Below are positions 57,839 through 64,000 of a stretch of 64,000 bases of DNA, piece by piece. Positions within the stretch are counted from its first letter, which is position 1. Every line of letters begins with the position of its first letter. Made by a program: the position numbers and the translations under genes. This DNA is from the human T2T-CHM13v2.0 reference genome, Homo sapiens, in assembly GCF_009914755.1 (NCBI RefSeq), contig NC_060931.1; one strand, written 5' to 3'. The notes under the pieces are model-generated. The model was not told the DNA's origin and made no database searches. It saw only the letters and a program-made list of their open reading frames with translations.

Positions 57839-59638
57839 ATGGCCTGTATCTACCCAACCGCTTGCTGTGCCTCACTTCCAACCAAAGGTCTTAATTCCTA
57901 TATCCCTCACCACAATCCTAATACTGTCAGTAGCCACCCTGCTGTCCACAGCAGCCCCTCCAAGCTGCTGTGATGTGAGTGTTATCTGTCTTTCCACTAC
58001 GGAGGAAAAATGCAACAATCCTTTACTTACCATAATAATATAGAAAATCCTGTTATGGAACGTTAGTCAAGGAATGTGTTGAATCAGGGAAAAGTTATTA
58101 TAAAGTGAAAAATCTAGGAGTATCTGGCAGGTATAACGGGGCTATATGTGCAAAAGGTAAGCAGTGGCTTTGCTTCACCAAAATTGGACAATGGAGAGTA
58201 AACACTGAAGTGCTAGAGGACATAAAGAGAGAACAGATTGTAGCCAAAGCAAAGGCCAAAATCAACAACTCCCCCCCCAAAAAAAACACCCATGGTATTT
58301 CCACCTCTTTATACAAAACTACAAGCAGGCCTATCCCTTCCCAAGCCAGGAAAGAAACCTGCTTGTAGATCTAGGAGAACGCATCGTGCTTACCATGAAT
58401 GTGTGCAATTGTTGGGTATGCGGGGGAGCTCGTGTGAGTGAACAGTGGCCGTGGTATGGGATAGACACTCTCCCTTACTTACTAGCATCCCAAAACTCCA
58501 GCCTCACTTTCACTCCTCAGGAACACCTGCAGTCCTGGACACTTACCAACCCGGTAAGAGGGACGGTGTGCATATCCCGCAAGTGGGCTAATAAAACCCA
58601 TCGTGCCATAGGTAAAAGTCCCTGTCACCAAACCCTAACAGTCAACACCTCCGCAGCAGAGTGGTGGCAAAGGTTACTCCACAGAGCCTGGTCTCCTTCT
58701 AAATTAAGCTACCTCAATCATGTCTCGTCAAAAAGGGGCTGGAACTGTACAAACACCACTAACCCTTATGCCACATACCCCCACCTAAGTGCACAATGGA
58801 ACAATCCTATGAACACCAGCCTACAATGGATTGCCCCTGATGGATTCCTTTGGATATGTGGAACCCAGGCTTACTTGTGGCCACCTTATCACTGGCAAGG
58901 TACTTTCTTCCTAGGAACAATTAAACCTGGATTCTTTTGACTTCCAAAGCAGGTGGGCAACACCCTCGAAGTCCCTGTGTATGATAACCTAAACAAAGAA
59001 AAACGATCCTTGAAGGTAGGATGAAGCCAAAGATGGCAAGAGGATGAGGCGCCTCCACAACGGATCATCGAATATTATGGTCCGGCCACTTGGGCTGAGA
59101 ATGGTTCATCGGGTGATCGCACTCCCATATATTTGCTAAATAGAATAATTAGACTACAGGCTGTTCTAGAAATAAACACTAACCAAACCTCCTCAGCCCT
59201 GGAAATGGTCGTGCAACAACAAAATCAAATGCGCGTGGCAATTTATCAAAACAGGCTAGCACTAGACTACTTGTTAGCAGAAGAAGGTGGGGTCTGTGGT
59301 AAGTTTAGTATCTCCAATTGTTGTCTTAACATAGACAATAATAGAAAAGCATTTCTAGAAATCGCTTCAAACATAAGAAAAGTAGCCCATGTACAGTCCA
59401 AACCTGGAAGGGATGGGAACCAGCAAACCTAGGAGGGTGGTTCTCTAATTTAGGAGGATTTAAAACGCTGGTAGGGACAGTAGTCTTCACCACTGGGTTC
59501 CTTCTGTTTCTCCCCCGTATTATCCCACTGATAATAAAAGCCATTAAAAGTCTTGTTGAAACTACAGTTAACCACCAGACAATCCTGCTACGACACAATG
59601 GATACCAACCCGTCTCTCAGGAATACCCCCAAAATTAA
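57839..59638 (+). pseudogene. HERVH48/HERV-Fb env, full-length but multiply frameshifted; N-terminus resembles suppressyn
   Basis: MACIYPTACCASLPTKGLN / ISLTTILILSVATLLSTAAPPSC / ECVESGKSYYKVKNLG...GKQWLCFTKIGQW...VLEDIKREQIVAKAKA; CWVC (CxxC) motif; KEKR furin-like site at about 58995-59006; immunosuppressive domain [17 protein letters not shown] and CX7CC; hydrophobic TM stretch. Confidence 0.88.
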
Positions 59639-59744
59639 GTTTTTCTTTTTTCCGAGGTGCCCACACCACCCTCTATGTCACGCCTGAAGTAGTTATTTAA
59701 AAAGTAATCCCTTTTCCCTTTTTCTATAACCAAATAGACAGGAA

Positions 59745-60134
59745 TGAAAGACTTTCCCCCGGTCCTGAAAGCTTGGGGGAATGAATAACTCCTCCCTTTT
59801 CAGGTCCAGTGCCAAGGCACAAGGTCACCTGCACCAGCAGTGTGCGTCAGCAAGATAGCCGAAGCAGGAAGAGAGCTGGCCAGAAGACACGTACCTCTTG
59901 AAGACCAAGAAAGAGAGGCCGTGGGGGTACCACGTAGCAGTTACATCAGACTGGGACACTTCCTGTTTATAGGAGACTATAAAACCTCTGCCCCATCCTC
60001 ATTTGGGGCTGACATCATTTTAGGCCTCAGCCCATCTGCACCCAGGCGCTCATTAAAACAGCGTGTTGCTCCACACTGCCTTGTGTTGTTTGTCCGCGAG
60101 CTCTCGGGGTTCCAACCAATATTAGAACCTTGCA
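59745..60134 (+). mobile_element. 3' LTR (MER48-like, 390 bp)
   Basis: Purine-rich tract AAATAGACAGGAA then TG...CA termini; TATAAAA 59978-59984; ATTAAA 60052-60057. Confidence 0.85.
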
Positions 60135-60476
60135 CTTTCTGGCCTCCAGCTCCTGTTTTCCTCTTTGATGGCCAGATCCATGCCTTTCATGAAGCATTCT
60201 AATATTGGGAGCAACTTTTGGAAACTACTAGGGCCATGGCTACCTTTGAGATGGCGAAAAATTACTTTGCTAAGCAAACCTCCTAGAAGAAAAGATTTCT
60301 GTGCACAGGTGAGGAGCCTGTGGTATTAGCAAGTTTGGTATCTTTACGGAAGAGGTGCATTCATTCAATTATTCAGTAACTTCATTCATTCATCCCACAA
60401 GCATTCACTATTTAATATCAACAGGAACTATTTTTGGCCCCAGGATTACAGAGATGAAGAGAATAAAAGTCTCGAG

Positions 60477-62015
<1,539 letters not shown>

Positions 62016-63273
62016 ATCTGAATGCAGACTGTCTCTGATCCTCTTTATTGATGGGAACAGAAAGAGATCCATTTGCCAGTTAAACATAAATGTAAGGAGT
62101 AACTACTGTGATCAATTACAGTATCTTAACTGGATAAAGAGGGACAAGAAGAAGTTGATTGTCCAGGAAGATGGTGACAGACAGTAAAATGAGATAAGGT
62201 TAGTGGATCAGAGATCTTGATGGTGTTAAAGAATTGATAAAGTATGAGTGTTACAGGGAATAAGATGGAAAGGTAAGAGGTATTGGTCAGAATAAGATGC
62301 TTAAATTTGAGACTCAATGGTAGTAGATTTGTTTGTAATGACAATAAAGAGAGGAAAAGTTCTTAACAATTGAGGGGGTAAATTAACTGAGATAACAAAG
62401 TCACCGAGAATTATATGGATATGGCAAGTCTCCAAGAATTATTACAAAAGTGGTAGCGAAAAGCAATAAAATCTCTGATGAATGAGTGTGACCTTAAGAT
62501 CATTTAAAATAATAGTAGCGTGTATAGTTTTGATGCTGAGTACTTCAAAGTACCTGGGATATTGACAAAAAATAGGCTAAGAGCCGCAATATCCAAAGAG
62601 AATATCCACCTTACTTTTAGGATCACTGGTATGAGGATGGACAAAGAAAAACAAGACAATTCTTAAGAGAACAGCAGGTGAAGCAATGTCCACAAGGGAA
62701 TGCATGTTATCAGTTACAGCAAGAACAGGAAATGAACACTGAGAGAAGAGATAGAAGGTAAGGTATAAGGAATGTTGACAATGAGGATTGTTGGCAGTGG
62801 TCTATTGATAAATAAAGTTCAACAACCAGTTCTCTGGGAGGGGTGGAGTGGAGTCCTGATTAGCAGCCCTTGCCAGTTTCCAGGGGATTAATGCTCAGAC
62901 AGTGGCCTATTTTAAGCTGTCTGACATTCAGTGCCAAGACTGGGGCTTGGACAATCTCAGTAATCATAATGACTAAGGTTTTAATGCAATATTCTAAAAA
63001 ATCAAAATCAATGCAAAAAATCCATGACAAACAAAGTATAAAACATGGATTAAAGATGGGCTGCTGTTTGTGTTTTCGGACCTGCATGATTGTGCAATGG
63101 CAACAGTTGTTTCCAGTCAGCCCGGGGCTCCTCAGTCTTAGTGGCTTTTGAGTCACCCAACAGGGTGTTTTATGACAGTTGACAGTGGCATGGGAACAGA
63201 TTGAATTGGGCAAATTTTTATGTCTACATATCTCTAATTTACTTATGCAGGGCTTTATACATAATCATGGTTT

Positions 63274-63781
<508 letters not shown>

Positions 63782-64000
63782 TAGTTTTTTCCACTTGGTT
63801 TACCACATGAAAGGATATTTTGATAACTGTATATAGGGGTGCATGTTTTTTCCTCTTGACTCAGGTTCCGATATGATTTCATATAGCACTGCTGGCTTCT
63901 CCAAACATGGAGTCAAGGAGAGATGAGCCCAGTTGCCTCTCAGTAGCCTGTGCAATGGGCTCCAGCTGGCCGGTGAGTGATGATCCTCACGGGAATACAA

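Overview
Primate (almost certainly human, chr7q33) genomic DNA. It contains the complete 10-exon aldose reductase gene AKR1B1 on the minus strand: ATG at 49099, TGA at 32766-32768, all introns GT-AG, 951-nt CDS, 316 aa. The gene has a CpG-island/TATA/CCAAT promoter, three osmotic-response (TonE/ORE) elements with an AP-1 site about 1.2 kb upstream, and the (AC)n microsatellite about 2.1 kb upstream. The rest is repeat-rich (Alu, L1, L2, MIR, MaLR LTRs, hAT transposons). Upstream of the gene, the 5' half of an old L1 is fused at a 4-bp microhomology to the 3' half of a HERVH48/HERV-Fb provirus, whose frameshifted env N-terminus resembles suppressyn. An ERVL pol fossil follows. The main unexplained signal is at about 5.7-11.8 kb: roughly 15 short, closely spaced minus-strand segments with splice-site signatures, mostly with lengths divisible by 3, including one duplicated exon. 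This looks like a decayed multi-exon gene that I cannot name. A cluster of four TonE-consensus sites lies just upstream of it. Repeat subfamily names and variant identities are from recall, not from database searches.
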